From assembly GCA_963976765.1 (NCBI GenBank), contig CAXBME010000022.1, forward strand, positions 62,001 through 126,000: a stretch of 64,000 bases of DNA. Direction: 5' to 3'. Below are positions 1 to 10,735 of the stretch, piece by piece. The notes below the pieces were generated by a model, which saw only the letters and a program-made list of their open reading frames with translations, made no database searches and was not told the DNA's origin. A program made the translations under genes and the position numbers. The stretch comes from an uncultured Planctomycetaceae bacterium. GTDB taxonomy: Bacteria; Planctomycetota; Planctomycetia; Planctomycetales; Planctomycetaceae. Numbering within the stretch: position 1 is the first letter of the stretch; every line of letters begins with the position of its first letter.

Positions 1-1593
1 TGTTGGCCACTGTCCAATCAATTTCTCCGACTCGACAATGACGGGAATCACGCACCACAGGATCAGGAAATACAAGACGACGCTGCTGAATATGGCTGAC
101 AGAATCAGCAGCAACGCCAACCCATAAAACTGACTCCACAGTTGCCACTGCTCAAACAGACTTCTCGCAACGACCAGTGGGTCGAATACAAAACAACTGG
201 CAATGACCGGCAGAAGCAGAAAAGCACAAAACGAGCAGCTGACAAGTCCAGTGATCGAGAACACGCCCGGCGAACCGTACACCCATGCCGCAGCCGGTAG
301 CGCAGCGACCCACAAGACGCTGAGAGTCATCGCACCCCGGAACAGCTCGCCCGCGTCAAGCCCTTCCGGGTACTCGCCGATCACTAAAACGTCTTCGGTC
401 GTCTGGGCAAAGACTTCAAGACAACACACAGCGACGTACGACATCATCACAAGCAGCAACGCAGCAACTGGACAGAGATAAGCAATCGCAACCACCGCCG
501 GAACGCCAGCCAGTGCGGGCACCGTCTGCAACGTGACCGTGAGCATTCCCAACGCAAGAAACACGGCGAAGAACGTCAGGGCATTGCTGACAAACCAGCC
601 TGCACTCATCCGCATCACGGTGCGGAGGCATTCCGGCTGGAGCGGAAGCGTCAGGCAATCCAGCACGAGAGCCTTCATGTCCTTCCGGAATAAGTCATCC
701 TCAAGCAGGTTGACTTGATTCCTGGAAGATTCATCCTCAGACGCCTCTGAATCGTCGCTGCCCGATGCCGGTTCAGTTTCCGCTGCTGCTTCACCATTCT
801 GGTGACGATCATTGATCAGAGACGTCTCTTCAGAACTGTTTTGAGTGATCTCTCCTGGTGGCAACGTTACAGGATTGTCTTCAGGGCTGGTTCCAGGGTC
901 GGCAATCGAGAGCGAATAGGTCTCCGACTCCGGCAACGAAGGGCCCGACTCGTTCGGCAAGGGCTTATTCTTCGGAGCTGAGTCCGGTGCATCCGTTGCT
1001 CTTGTCGAAGCACCCGACTGAACACGCCTGACGTCTGAGACTTCAGCAAGTACTTCATGGGCTGTCCGCCAGGAACTGGCGTCCTGGTGCCTGACAGAAT
1101 CGTCCGCAGACAAAGTTCCTGCGTCGTACAACTTGACGAGAGCTGCGTCACTGACTGGCCCCATCTCCCGCCCATCAATCCGACACATCCATTTCCTTGC
1201 TTCGACATCCACAGCCGGAACCGCCTGGATATTGAGCCTCTTACGACGATTCTCGCCATGCTCGACCCGTTCAGCCTGAAGCTTCCGTTTTGCTGCCGCT
1301 TCCACTCGTTCGAGTTTCCTGGAACGGCTCACCGGTCGACGTTTCGAACGCTCCTCATCCTTGTGCTGCTCGTCGAAGCCGCTAAGCAGGGGTTCAAAGA
1401 GGAAAAACATCAGCAATGCGCCCGGCATCGCATAAAACGCCATGCCGACTGGACCTTGTGGAGGACGTCCCGTGACGATCGACACCGCGACAATCGAAAT
1501 GACCGCCGAAATCACAAGACATACAGTTCGCACGGGCCTGCTCCCAATCGGTGGCGAAAACCGGAGAATCCCGCCTGCTATTGAGCAGTTCAC
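1..1593 (-). CDS. GYF_2 (DUF4339)-domain multi-pass membrane protein, 3' end outside window
   Basis: Not in the ORF track because it has no stop in the window. Hand translation from GTG 1593 (alternative GTG 1533) is open to position 1. It gives two N-terminal hydrophobic helices, then WMCRIDGREMGPVSDAALVKLYDAGTLSADDSVRHQDASSWRTAHEV (GYF_2 pattern), an acidic linker and several TM helices. Confidence 0.75.
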   Translation of the reverse strand, partial: MNCSIAGGILRFSPPIGSRPVRTVCLVISAVISIVAVSIVTGRPPQGPVGMAFYAMPGALLMFFLFEPLLSGFDEQHKDEERSKRRPVSRSRKLERVEAAAKRKLQAERVEHGENRRKRLNIQAVPAVDVEARKWMCRIDGREMGPVSDAALVKLYDAGTLSADDSVRHQDASSWRTAHEVLAEVSDVRRVQSGASTRATDAPDSAPKNKPLPNESGPSLPESETYSLSIADPGTSPEDNPVTLPPGEITQNSSEETSLINDRHQNGEAAAETEPASGSDDSEASEDESSRNQVNLLEDDLFRKDMKALVLDCLTLPLQPECLRTVMRMSAGWFVSNALTFFAVFLALGMLTVTLQTVPALAGVPAVVAIAYLCPVAALLLVMMSYVAVCCLEVFAQTTEDVLVIGEYPEGLDAGELFRGAMTLSVLWVAALPAAAWVYGSPGVFSITGLVSCSFCAFLLLPVIASCFVFDPLVVARSLFEQWQLWSQFYGLALLLILSAIFSSVVLYFLILWCVIPVIVESEKLIGQWPT

Positions 1594-1629
1594 GGCGATG
1601 ACTCAATCGATAATCCCGAAGTCCAGCAT

Positions 1630-2079
1630 TTAGTTCTGAAGGTTCGATTCACCGGCGAATTCCCTGACGGAATCCATAGCGATGCGAGCGGCTGAGCGAA
1701 CGGCATCGCTCTCGTCTGCCAAACATGGACTCAAAAGCAAGAGTGCTCGACGACCTGCATCAGTCCCCAACCCGACATCTGTCGAAGCCAGGTACCCGAG
1801 TCCACTGGCAGCCATGGCACGAACGAACCAGTCGTCGTCAACAAGAAGTCGACCGAGCGTTGGAACATCCTGCTCGCCACCACAAAGACCGAGTGTCCCG
1901 GCAGCATTGGCTCTCACCTGTGACCGCGAATCGGTAAGAAGCAGTCGAAGCCTTTCAGCAATATGACTGTTCTGCCGACGCACCAGGACATTCATTGCAC
2001 CAGATTGAATTCCGGGATCAGCCGAACTCAGTCGCTCCAGAAAAAACGCATCGCTTCGAAAACAATCCAGCAACCCCAT
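1630..2079 (-). CDS. HEAT/PBS-lyase repeat protein
   Basis: Repeats LLTDSRSQVRANAAGTLG, LLVDDDWFVRAMAASGLG and CLADESDAVRSAA. Confidence 0.85.
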   Translation of the reverse strand: MGLLDCFRSDAFFLERLSSADPGIQSGAMNVLVRRQNSHIAERLRLLLTDSRSQVRANAAGTLGLCGGEQDVPTLGRLLVDDDWFVRAMAASGLGYLASTDVGLGTDAGRRALLLLSPCLADESDAVRSAARIAMDSVREFAGESNLQN

Positions 2080-2091
2080 GCAACCACCTCA

Positions 2092-2598
2092 TCAAAGCCC
2101 GATTCGTTTGCTCCGTTCCGCAATCTTCCCTGAAAAGTCTCCAGTACGAATTTGCGTCTTCTGAAGCATCTTCTTATCGAAGTCGTCGATGGCTTTTGAA
2201 TTACCCATAAACTTGTGTATGTGACCGCCTTTGATTCCCCAAACCGAGAGGTCTCTGATTCCAAAATTAGCCATCCATTCCTGAAGCGTTGCACGATGAT
2301 TGCTGAAATCACACAAGCCGATGAACTCAATCATCTCCCGCTGGCCTTTCTGGTGCAGTCTGACCCAGAGGCAGTCTTTGGAAAACATGCCTTCCCCTTC
2401 TTCCCACGACACTCGAATCGAAGAATCGTAGGCTGCCACGAGATCGCAGAGTTCTTCTTTTGTTATGAAATAGTTGTAGTTGTCGGGTGCGTGGTTTGAA
2501 CGGAGCCATTTGTGAACGGCATCAACCGATTTCATTCCGCGATGTCGCCCAGCCCCAAGCGGCTGTTTATTACCGAAGAGCCATGAAATCAGTCCCAT
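2092..2598 (-). CDS. hypothetical protein
   Basis: Likely start MGLISWLFG at ATG 2598. Operon-like spacing (12 bp to the HEAT gene). No family recognised. Confidence 0.65.
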   Translation of the reverse strand: MGLISWLFGNKQPLGAGRHRGMKSVDAVHKWLRSNHAPDNYNYFITKEELCDLVAAYDSSIRVSWEEGEGMFSKDCLWVRLHQKGQREMIEFIGLCDFSNHRATLQEWMANFGIRDLSVWGIKGGHIHKFMGNSKAIDDFDKKMLQKTQIRTGDFSGKIAERSKRIGL

Positions 2599-2649
2599 GA
2601 TGTTTTTCCTTAGACGGCGAGTCATTAAACGAGGGGAAGAATCGAAAAG

Positions 2650-3024
2650 TCAGATGCCCCACGTAAAAACAGTGGCAGCCGTACCAGCAAGAAGCCCTAC
2701 TGCCAGAATGCTCGAACGTAAAAATGTGGCTCTGTGCTGCGTAGCGGCAAACTGATTGCTGAGCTGAGTGGCTGCGTGCAGAATTCGAACGATCCTGGCA
2801 ATCACTCGAATGATGGCGAGTACGAGAAACGTCAAAACGACAGATTCTGCAGCAGTCAGGAATCGAAGTGCGATGCCTTCAACAGTCAACGCGACCGACA
2901 ACGTGCTACCGAGAAACAATCCATTCAGAATCGCCCGCTGCCAGAAGGATCTTGAAATCCCCCAGATGACTCGTAGTGCGAACTCAAAAATGACTAAAGC
3001 GAGAACGAGATACAGCCATTGCAT
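2650..3024 (-). CDS. hypothetical membrane protein (about 4 TM)
   Basis: 124 aa, strongly hydrophobic, first gene of the minus-strand run. Confidence 0.6.
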   Translation of the reverse strand: MQWLYLVLALVIFEFALRVIWGISRSFWQRAILNGLFLGSTLSVALTVEGIALRFLTAAESVVLTFLVLAIIRVIARIVRILHAATQLSNQFAATQHRATFLRSSILAVGLLAGTAATVFTWGI

Positions 3025-3239
3025 AATTCGAGACCTTCAGTCAGAAAAGCTGTCTGCCTGGTGAAACGGTGGCAGATGTGTCTGTCGTCCGTCCAGGCAA
3101 CACGAAACGCTGTTGTCATTGCACCAAGTGGCTGCGTCACAACAATCACTCAGTTGGTTCAACCTGAAAACGCCCGGGAACGGACACTTTGGGAACCAGA
3201 ATTTGAAAAAAAACTGAAACCGGTCACTCGTGTTCGCTC

Positions 3240-3914
3240 TTGCGGAACGATTCAGAGAGACAAACCGTGTCAGAACGAAGCGCCAAAAGTGAAGACGACA
3301 GTTGGAACGATTCACCGACCGGACAATTGCAGCGGGATACTCGGACATCAGCGACGCTGCTGCGAAGACTGGCGGAGCACGACGGCCCCGCCTGGAAGCT
3401 GGCTCACGAGTACTACGGCGGGCTCATTTTTCGATGGTGTCGACGCAGCGGTTGCAGCGTGGAAGTCGCCGAAGAGATTGCTCAGGAAACACTGACAAGA
3501 GCTCTGCAGCATCTCGGCGAATTCGAACACCGAGAACATCCTGGAGGATTCCGGGCCTGGCTGCGCAAGATTGCCGAACGATTACTGATTGATGAGTATC
3601 GCCGCTCGGTACCGGTCATCGGCACACGGGATTCCAGCTTTCACTTCAAGGGGGCTCCCTTGATTAATGACAGTCGGAGCGATGACGAGTTCGTTGATTC
3701 GGTACTGGAGCTGATTCGTTCCCGGACATCGGTGACTCACGAAACCGCCATGCACTTCATTGAATACTCGCTCTACGGACGCTCTGCTCAGGAGATTGCG
3801 GCTCGGTCAGATCCTCCAGTCATGGTCGACACGGTCTATCGACACGCGGTCCGAGTTGCCAAGGCGTTGCGGAACTCTGTGGGCAATTCGGATTCCGAAC
3901 GGCTGCATTCCTGA
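3240..3914 (+). CDS. ECF sigma-70 factor, planctomycete type
   Basis: TSATLLRRL..D..AW...YYGGLIFRWC..G...AEEIAQE and GGFRAWLRKIA (region 2); C-terminal HTH SAQEIAA..VDTVY. Start codon uncertain. Confidence 0.85.
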   Translation: MRNDSERQTVSERSAKSEDDSWNDSPTGQLQRDTRTSATLLRRLAEHDGPAWKLAHEYYGGLIFRWCRRSGCSVEVAEEIAQETLTRALQHLGEFEHREHPGGFRAWLRKIAERLLIDEYRRSVPVIGTRDSSFHFKGAPLINDSRSDDEFVDSVLELIRSRTSVTHETAMHFIEYSLYGRSAQEIAARSDPPVMVDTVYRHAVRVAKALRNSVGNSDSERLHS

Positions 3915-4062
3915 ACCGTCAGTCGGTAGCAGAGTACAGAACCGACGCGGCTGACAGTCGAGTTTGAACCGCCCAAGCGCTCATTCCACCAGGCTTAATC
4001 CAACTGAACATTCATCGGCACCGTACTCAAGATTCAATGCTTCGATGGAGAGCCTTCTCGGA

Positions 4063-4554
4063 TTAAAACAACGGCGGACGATTGAGCTGACGCCGGATAA
4101 TGGCCCACTGACCGGCGTGCATCATCCAGTGGCCACCCTGCAGACTGAAGACGTCACCGACTGTCGGAGCATATGCCTGCATTTCTTCAGGAGCCGGCTT
4201 GTCGAGATCTTCATCAGACTGACCGTCAAGTGCCTTCAACGTCCCTTCACGCTGCTCTTCGAGCAGCCGCCCGAGGTCTGCCTTCGAATCGAACGCGTGA
4301 GGATCGTCTGACATTGCTGTTTCTTTGGTGTATCGCTCGGCAAAGCCATTCGGCAGGGCGGGCATTGATCCGGGGCACACTGCATTGATCATCTGATTTT
4401 CAGAAGAAATCAGGTGCCCCATCTGCCACTTGATGTGGTTGCACTCGGGATGAGGCCGCTGCAGCATGTCTTCGTCGGAAAGATCCGCGAGATATTCGAG
4501 CGTGACGAACTTCGCACCGTCGATGGAAAGTTTGATCGCTTGTCGTGCATTCAT
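4063..4554 (-). CDS. DinB family protein
   Basis: NHIKWQMGHL and HWMMHAGQ metal-His pattern. Start moved to MNARQ, 7 bp after the trpA stop. Confidence 0.8.
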   Translation of the reverse strand: MNARQAIKLSIDGAKFVTLEYLADLSDEDMLQRPHPECNHIKWQMGHLISSENQMINAVCPGSMPALPNGFAERYTKETAMSDDPHAFDSKADLGRLLEEQREGTLKALDGQSDEDLDKPAPEEMQAYAPTVGDVFSLQGGHWMMHAGQWAIIRRQLNRPPLF

Positions 4555-4561
4555 GACGCTA

Positions 4562-5380
4562 CTACTTTCGGGTTGCCTGGACCATTGATTCGGCGAACGT
4601 GCCAATTTCTGCAAGGGCTGATACATCGCCCTCAGGCGAGGTTCCGAGACCTTCCATCATGCGGACGATGGCGGAACCGACAATCACACCGTCAGCGGCG
4701 CCTCGTAAAATGTCGACCTGCTCCGGACCTTTAATTCCGAAACCGACTGCCAGCGGCACGTCCGTCTGAGTTCTCAGCCAGTTAAGCTGCTCTGTCAATT
4801 CCGGCGGAAGGTCATCGCGCACGCCCGTCGTACCGGCGACCGAGATGCAATATACAAAGCCACTTGCCGCCTTCAGGATTTCGATGGCTCGCCCTTTGGG
4901 TGTCATCGGCGAAACCAGTTGAATCAGGTCAGCGCCGTGTGCTCGCACGATCTTTCCGACTTCTCCGGCTTCGTCGGCAGGGAGGTCGGGAATGATGAAA
5001 CCTGCGAAACCGGACTCGACAGCCTGCTTCACGAATTTTTCAACGCCTCGTCGAAAGAGCAAAGCGTAAGACGCCATCGCGACCAGCGGTGGAAGCTCTT
5101 CAGACGGCAACGATTTGACGCCGTCAAAGATGTCGTTGACATGGAGACCTTTGTCGAGGGCTCGCGTATACGACGCCTGAATCACGGGCCCGTCGGCAAT
5201 CGGATCGCTGTACGGAAACCCGACTTCAATCAGGTCAACGCCTCTGCTGCCAAGTTCCCGGATGACCGACAACGTGGCCGCGATATCGGGATCGCCAGCC
5301 GTGATAAACGGCATGAACGCCAGATGGCCAGCTTCTTTAAGGGCGCCGAATGTGGATGCAATTCGAGTCTGCTCAGTCAC
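4562..5380 (-). CDS. trpA: tryptophan synthase alpha subunit
   Basis: FMPFITAGDP, IEVGFPYSDPIADGPVIQ, GTTG, VGFGI, ADGVIVGSA. GTG start at 5380. Confidence 0.97.
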   Translation of the reverse strand: MTEQTRIASTFGALKEAGHLAFMPFITAGDPDIAATLSVIRELGSRGVDLIEVGFPYSDPIADGPVIQASYTRALDKGLHVNDIFDGVKSLPSEELPPLVAMASYALLFRRGVEKFVKQAVESGFAGFIIPDLPADEAGEVGKIVRAHGADLIQLVSPMTPKGRAIEILKAASGFVYCISVAGTTGVRDDLPPELTEQLNWLRTQTDVPLAVGFGIKGPEQVDILRGAADGVIVGSAIVRMMEGLGTSPEGDVSALAEIGTFAESMVQATRK

Positions 5381-5417
5381 GGTTTTGCTGCTTCTCTTAA
5401 GGTGTAGAAAGTGTGAC

Positions 5418-6644
5418 TCAGTCCAGATCCTGGCCGAGCAGGCGGGCGACTTCGTAGACGTCTTTGTCGCCTCGACCGGAGAGGCAGACGACGATGATTT
5501 CGTCTTTTGATCGCTGCTTTGCCGCCTTAAGTGTGTGGGCGATGGCATGCGAACTTTCGATCGCCGGCAGGATGCCTTCGAGTTTGGCCATCGTCTGCAA
5601 TGCTGCCAGAGCTTCGTCGTCCGTCACGCTGACGTAGTTCACTCGGCCAGTGTCTTTCCAGTAGCTGTGTTCCGGCCCGACGCCGGGATAGTCAAGCCCT
5701 GCGGAAATTGAATGGACGTCCTGAGTCTGGCCGTCTTCGTCCTGCAGAACATAACTGTAACTTCCGTGGAGGACACCTTTGTTTCCGTAGGTCAGCGTGC
5801 TGGCGTGGTCGCCCGGCGCGGGGCCACGACCGCCAGCCTCGACTCCGGTCAGGGCGACGGATTCGTCATCGACGAACGGGTAGAACATGCCAGCCGAGTT
5901 CGAACCGCCGCCGACACAGGCGATAACTTCGTCCGGAAGTCGCGTCTCGGCTTCGAGGCATTGCTGCCGGGCTTCGCGACCGATGATCGCCTGAAAGTCT
6001 CGAACCATCATCGGAAACGGGTGCGGACCAACAACTGAACCGATGATGTAGTGAGTGTGCTCGACCGTCGACATCCAGTCCCGCATGGCTTCGTTGATGG
6101 CGTCTCGCAGTGTCCTGGATCCGCTGCTGACTCCGCGAACTTCGGCGCCCATCATTCGCATGTTAAAGACGTTAAGTTTCTGCCGACGAATATCCTCTTC
6201 GCCCATGTAGACAACGCAGTCGAGGCCGAAGCGGGCACACGCAACGGCGGTGGCGACTCCATGCTGGCCGGCTCCGGTTTCGGCGATAACTCGTTTTTTG
6301 CCCATCCGCCGGGTGAGCAGGACCTGACCCATCGTGTTGTTGATCTTGTGAGCGCCGGTGTGGTTGAGGTCTTCCCGCTTAAGATAAATGCGGGCACCGC
6401 CACAGTGTTCGGTCAGCCGTTCAGCAAAGTACAGCGGGTTGGGGCGACCGACGAACGTCGACAGCAACTTGTCCAGTTCAGCGAGGAACTCAGGATCCTT
6501 CTGCGCCTTTTCGTATTCCTGTGTGAGCTCTTCCAGAGCATGCATCAGCGTTTCGGGGACGAATCGTCGCCCAAATTCGCCGAATCTGCCGGATACGTCA
6601 GGAACGTGACTGGTCGCTTTTTGAGAAGCCGTTTCGGTGCTCAT
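5418..6644 (-). CDS. trpB: tryptophan synthase beta subunit
   Basis: [15 protein letters not shown] (PLP lysine), [37 protein letters not shown]. Confidence 0.98.
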   Translation of the reverse strand: MSTETASQKATSHVPDVSGRFGEFGRRFVPETLMHALEELTQEYEKAQKDPEFLAELDKLLSTFVGRPNPLYFAERLTEHCGGARIYLKREDLNHTGAHKINNTMGQVLLTRRMGKKRVIAETGAGQHGVATAVACARFGLDCVVYMGEEDIRRQKLNVFNMRMMGAEVRGVSSGSRTLRDAINEAMRDWMSTVEHTHYIIGSVVGPHPFPMMVRDFQAIIGREARQQCLEAETRLPDEVIACVGGGSNSAGMFYPFVDDESVALTGVEAGGRGPAPGDHASTLTYGNKGVLHGSYSYVLQDEDGQTQDVHSISAGLDYPGVGPEHSYWKDTGRVNYVSVTDDEALAALQTMAKLEGILPAIESSHAIAHTLKAAKQRSKDEIIVVCLSGRGDKDVYEVARLLGQDLD

Positions 6645-6887
6645 CGCTATCGCTCTGTAAGTTTCTGTAGGCTGCAGGGTTTCCGTGGATTCTAGACGTG
6701 GTCCGTCACGCTCGCCAGTAGGACAGATTCCACGCTGTTCTGTTCGCAAAGTTCGAGGTCACAATTCACGGTGCCTTTCTGAAACCCGAAATTAGATTCC
6801 CGTTCACCAAATTGCCGAGGTGATGGCGTCCTGCTAAAAGCCACTTTCGAATGGACTCGCGCGATAAACCGCTTGGAGCGCCCGCAG

Positions 6888-7562
6888 ATGAATCAGCTTG
6901 ACCACGACCCGACCCGCACACTCGAAACTGTCTTGTCCCTGCCAGAAGGTTCGCCGGCGAAATTGCCCGCCGTCCTGATGTTCGGCATGCCCGGCGTCGG
7001 AAAAGGCACTCAGGGGTCATTGCTCGGCACGATGACCGGCATGTTTCATGTGTCCACGGGGGCGATTTTTCGAAATCTTGACCCCGCCAGCGACGACGGC
7101 AAACTGATCTTTGGGCTGATCGACCGTGGCGAACTGGTGCCAGACGAAGTCGCCGTCGAAGTCTGGATGCGACGGCTGAATCAGCAGATTTCAGCCGGAC
7201 ATTACAACCCTGCCAGCGACGTTCTGATCCTTGACGGAATCCCCCGACGTTTTCGTCAATGCGAGCTTCTGGAAAATTACGTCGAGGTTCTTTCGGTCAT
7301 TCACCTCGAAGCAGCATCTGACGAACCGATTGTCGAACGGTTACTCGAGCGGGCTAAGACTCAGAGCCGACCCGACGACGCTGACGAGCAGATCATTCGT
7401 CGTCGTTTCGAAATCTACCGCGAGATGACTCGACCGGTTCTCGACTACTACTCTCCGGATATTGTTCACAACATCAATCCACTGGGCACTCAGATGGAAG
7501 TCAAAAAACGCATCCTCGAATGCGTCATCCCCGCGATTCGCCAGTACGAGCGGGCGATCTGA
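6888..7562 (+). CDS. adk: adenylate kinase family, short-LID type
   Basis: P-loop GMPGVGKGTQ, HVSTG, GELVPDE, LDGIPR, RPDD. Confidence 0.85.
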   Translation: MNQLDHDPTRTLETVLSLPEGSPAKLPAVLMFGMPGVGKGTQGSLLGTMTGMFHVSTGAIFRNLDPASDDGKLIFGLIDRGELVPDEVAVEVWMRRLNQQISAGHYNPASDVLILDGIPRRFRQCELLENYVEVLSVIHLEAASDEPIVERLLERAKTQSRPDDADEQIIRRRFEIYREMTRPVLDYYSPDIVHNINPLGTQMEVKKRILECVIPAIRQYERAI

Positions 7563-7563
7563 C

Positions 7564-7631
7564 GCAGGGCGGGCAGTGCCAACCGTGATTGCCGCCCGGT
7601 GCTCTCTCGTGGTGGGCGGTGCCCACCCTGC
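7564..7631. repeat. REP-like inverted doublet, family A (G[CT]AGGGTGGGC..GCCCACC)
   Basis: gcagggcgggcagtgccaacc (7564-7584) and ggtgggcggtgcccaccctgc (7611-7631), between convergent adk and purL. Confidence 0.8.
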
Positions 7632-7649
7632 AGATAACGCCTTGCGAAA

Positions 7650-10571
7650 CTACCAGGCCAGAGGCTGCTTCCAGACCTGACGGAGTTCTTCAATCGACGA
7701 CTCGATCACTGTCTGACCATTGGTTCCGGCGATTGAGCATTGATCGCTGTCGTTGACGACTCCGACTTCGACGCAGGGCAAACCGTTGAGCACCTCGGCA
7801 AAAGCGGCGGCGTTCTGCTCCGAAACTTCGACAAGAAATCGAGTGTTGCTTTCGGAAAACAGCAGCACGGCGTCGTTGGAAATGTCTGAAGCTTCAGCGA
7901 GCGCCGCAAGATTCAACGCGACTCCAAGTCCGCCGGCAAACGCCATCTCGGCAGCCGAGGCTGCCAGCCCGCCTTCGCTGAGATCGTGGCAGCTTTCGAC
8001 AAGGCCGCCGGAGATCGCTTTGTGCATTGCCGCAAAGATCTTAGGAGCCTGATCGAGGTCGACGATCGGGACGGCTCCGCCTTCGAGACCATTCACGAGT
8101 GCAAAATGGCTGCCGCCGAGTTCCTCAAAAGTTGTCCCAACGAGAAACAGCTTGTTGCCCGCCGCCTTCAAGTCCATCGTGACAGACTGCTCGACATTGG
8201 CGATCTGGCCAAGAGCCGTGATCAGCAGCGACGACGGAATCACAACGGTTTGCTTTTCGCCGGCTTCGTCTTCGTAGGAGAACTCGTTGTTGAGGCTGTC
8301 CTTGCCGGAAACGAACGGCGTTCCGAAAGCCATCGCAACGTCCTGGCAGGCGATGGCCGCCCGGACGAGTGTTCCCAGAGTTTCTTCGCGTTCGCAGTTC
8401 CCCCAGCAGAAGTTGTCGAGGATCGCGATTTTGGCCGGGTCGGCTCCAACGGCCACGCAGTTTCGCACGGCTTCGTCGATCGCAGAAGCGGCCATCCAGT
8501 ACGGGTCTTCGTCACCGAGTCGCGGGTTCATTCCACAACTGATCACCAGCCCGCGGTCTGATTCCAGATCCGGTCGCACAACGGCGGCGTCTGACGGCCC
8601 GTCTCGATGCACACCGACGAGCGGTTTCACAACGCTGCCAGCCTGCACTTCGTGATCGTACTGGCGGATGATCCATTCTTTGCTACACACATTCAGCGAG
8701 CCGAGAATCGATTTCAGATCGTCGTCGAAGCGTTCTTTTTCCGGCGCGGCGAGCGGCGTTTCTTCCTCCGGTTTGTAGCTTGCCTTACGGATAACCGGCG
8801 GACGACCGTCGTGGAGAAACGTCATCGTCAGGTCAGCGACTTCGTTGTCGCCATATTTCAGAACCAGCCGCTCGGTATCGGTAAACCGACCGATGACGGC
8901 TGCCTCGACATCTTCGGATGCGCAGAGTTTTACGAACTCGTCGACGTTGGCTTCGGGAACGGCCAGCACCATGCGTTCCTGAGCTTCGCTGATCCAGATC
9001 TCGGTATAGTTGAGGCCGGTGTACTTCAGCGGGCATTTGTCGAGCCACACTTCAGCTCCGGTGTCTTCGCCCATTTCCCCGACGGCGCTGCTGAAGCCAC
9101 CGGCGCCGCAGTCGGTAATTGCCGAGTAAAGCTCTCGATCGCGAGCTTCCAGGATGACGTCCATCACCATTTTCTCGGTGATGGCATTTCCAATCTGCAC
9201 CGCGCCGGCTGACCGCATTTCGCTGTCTTCGTCCAGCTCGCCCGACGAGAACGTCGCTCCGTGAATTCCGTCCCGACCGGTGCGGCCTCCAACAGCCACA
9301 ATCAAATCGCCGGGAGAAACTTTGCCTTCGCTCTTCCCGACCGGAATCATGGCTATGTTGCCACAGTAGACGAGCGGGTTGCCGAGGTATCGCTCGTCGA
9401 AATAAACCGCGCCGTTGACCGTCGGAATGCCCATGCGGTTTCCGTAGTCACGCACGCCAGCAACCACTCCGTGAGCAACCGCCTTCGGATGCAGAACTCC
9501 GCGAGGCAGTTTGTCGTGAGGATAGTCTGGCGGGCCGAAACAGAAGACGTCTGTGTTACAGACGGGTCGTCCGCCGAGGCCCGTACCAAGCGGGTCTCGA
9601 ATCACACCGCCCAGTCCAGTGTTCGCTCCGCCGTAAGGCTCAAGAGCCGACGGGTGATTGTGCGTTTCAACCTTGATGCAGACGCTCTGTTTTTCGTCAA
9701 ACGTCACAATGCCGGCGTTGTCTTTGAAAACGCTGACGCACCAGTCGTCGTCGCCCAGACTTTCGCGGATCGAAACCGTCGCCGCGAAAATTGTTTCCTT
9801 CAGCATGTTCTCAAACTGCCGCGGACCATTTTCGTCTTCGTAGGAAATCCGCCCGGCGAGCGTTTTATGCGAGCAGTGTTCGCTCCAGGTCTGCGCGACG
9901 GTTTCGAGTTCGACGTCGGTCGGGTCCCGATCCAGATCGACGAACTGCTGCTTGATCGTGCGCATTTCTTCGAGGCTCAGATAAAGCTGCCCGTCCTTGC
10001 TGAGCTGCTCCAGCGCGGCGTCCTCCATATTGCGAATCGGGACGCGAGTCAGTTTGAATTTGTACTCGCCGCCGAGCGAAATTCGATCCATTTTCAACGG
10101 CCCGGCGACCACATGCTCGATCGCATCGTTGGACAGAACCTTGGCGGACAACCTTCCGACTTCAGCTTCCGTCGCGTCGTCGTTCACCCAGTATTTCCGA
10201 CAAGTCGCGACGGCTTCGACGGAAACGTCCTGATCTTTCAGCGCTTTCAGAGCACTGTTGGCCACGTTGTCCGTGACACCGGCTTTGAAGAGAACGTTGA
10301 GAAGCTGGCCGCTGTTCGCACTGCTCGGCGCCGTCCCCGCCGCAGCGTCCAGTCGGTGGATCGTGAACGACTCGGCGACGCCATCGGCAAGCAGCGTTCT
10401 GCTGACGCGAGTCACGACGTCGTCGCTCAGCTCGCCCTGCAGAAGGAACGAACGTGCGGCCTCGACGCTGGACACAGTCTGCAGACCCAGTCCCGAACAC
10501 TCGGCCAGAACCCGCTCACCTTCGCGGTCCACCTGACCGGTTGCCGGACGAATTTCCACTTCCCAAAGCAT
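7650..10571 (-). CDS. purL: phosphoribosylformylglycinamidine synthase PurL with N-terminal PurS-like region
   Basis: [43 protein letters not shown]. No glutaminase domain. Start taken at MLWEVEI. Confidence 0.96.
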   Translation of the reverse strand: MLWEVEIRPATGQVDREGERVLAECSGLGLQTVSSVEAARSFLLQGELSDDVVTRVSRTLLADGVAESFTIHRLDAAAGTAPSSANSGQLLNVLFKAGVTDNVANSALKALKDQDVSVEAVATCRKYWVNDDATEAEVGRLSAKVLSNDAIEHVVAGPLKMDRISLGGEYKFKLTRVPIRNMEDAALEQLSKDGQLYLSLEEMRTIKQQFVDLDRDPTDVELETVAQTWSEHCSHKTLAGRISYEDENGPRQFENMLKETIFAATVSIRESLGDDDWCVSVFKDNAGIVTFDEKQSVCIKVETHNHPSALEPYGGANTGLGGVIRDPLGTGLGGRPVCNTDVFCFGPPDYPHDKLPRGVLHPKAVAHGVVAGVRDYGNRMGIPTVNGAVYFDERYLGNPLVYCGNIAMIPVGKSEGKVSPGDLIVAVGGRTGRDGIHGATFSSGELDEDSEMRSAGAVQIGNAITEKMVMDVILEARDRELYSAITDCGAGGFSSAVGEMGEDTGAEVWLDKCPLKYTGLNYTEIWISEAQERMVLAVPEANVDEFVKLCASEDVEAAVIGRFTDTERLVLKYGDNEVADLTMTFLHDGRPPVIRKASYKPEEETPLAAPEKERFDDDLKSILGSLNVCSKEWIIRQYDHEVQAGSVVKPLVGVHRDGPSDAAVVRPDLESDRGLVISCGMNPRLGDEDPYWMAASAIDEAVRNCVAVGADPAKIAILDNFCWGNCEREETLGTLVRAAIACQDVAMAFGTPFVSGKDSLNNEFSYEDEAGEKQTVVIPSSLLITALGQIANVEQSVTMDLKAAGNKLFLVGTTFEELGGSHFALVNGLEGGAVPIVDLDQAPKIFAAMHKAISGGLVESCHDLSEGGLAASAAEMAFAGGLGVALNLAALAEASDISNDAVLLFSESNTRFLVEVSEQNAAAFAEVLNGLPCVEVGVVNDSDQCSIAGTNGQTVIESSIEELRQVWKQPLAW

Positions 10572-10735
10572 GCGCGACTCCAAGAGATCTCGGTTTGTAC
10601 TCAACGTGGTTGGAACGCTAATCAAAATTCATCGCCGCTAATTTAGAGCGGTGCAGGGTGCGTCTTGACGCATCCTGCGAAAACGGGCCAGCAATGAGTG
10701 AACATCAGCGACTATCAGTGTTCCGAAATTTCCCG

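Noticed and set aside
203..1633. Several short ORFs listed at the left edge
   Set aside because: All overlap the long minus-strand GYF_2 reading frame, which explains the region.
9261..10646. 461-aa plus-strand ORF
   Set aside because: Antisense shadow of purL in GC-rich DNA, with no motifs.
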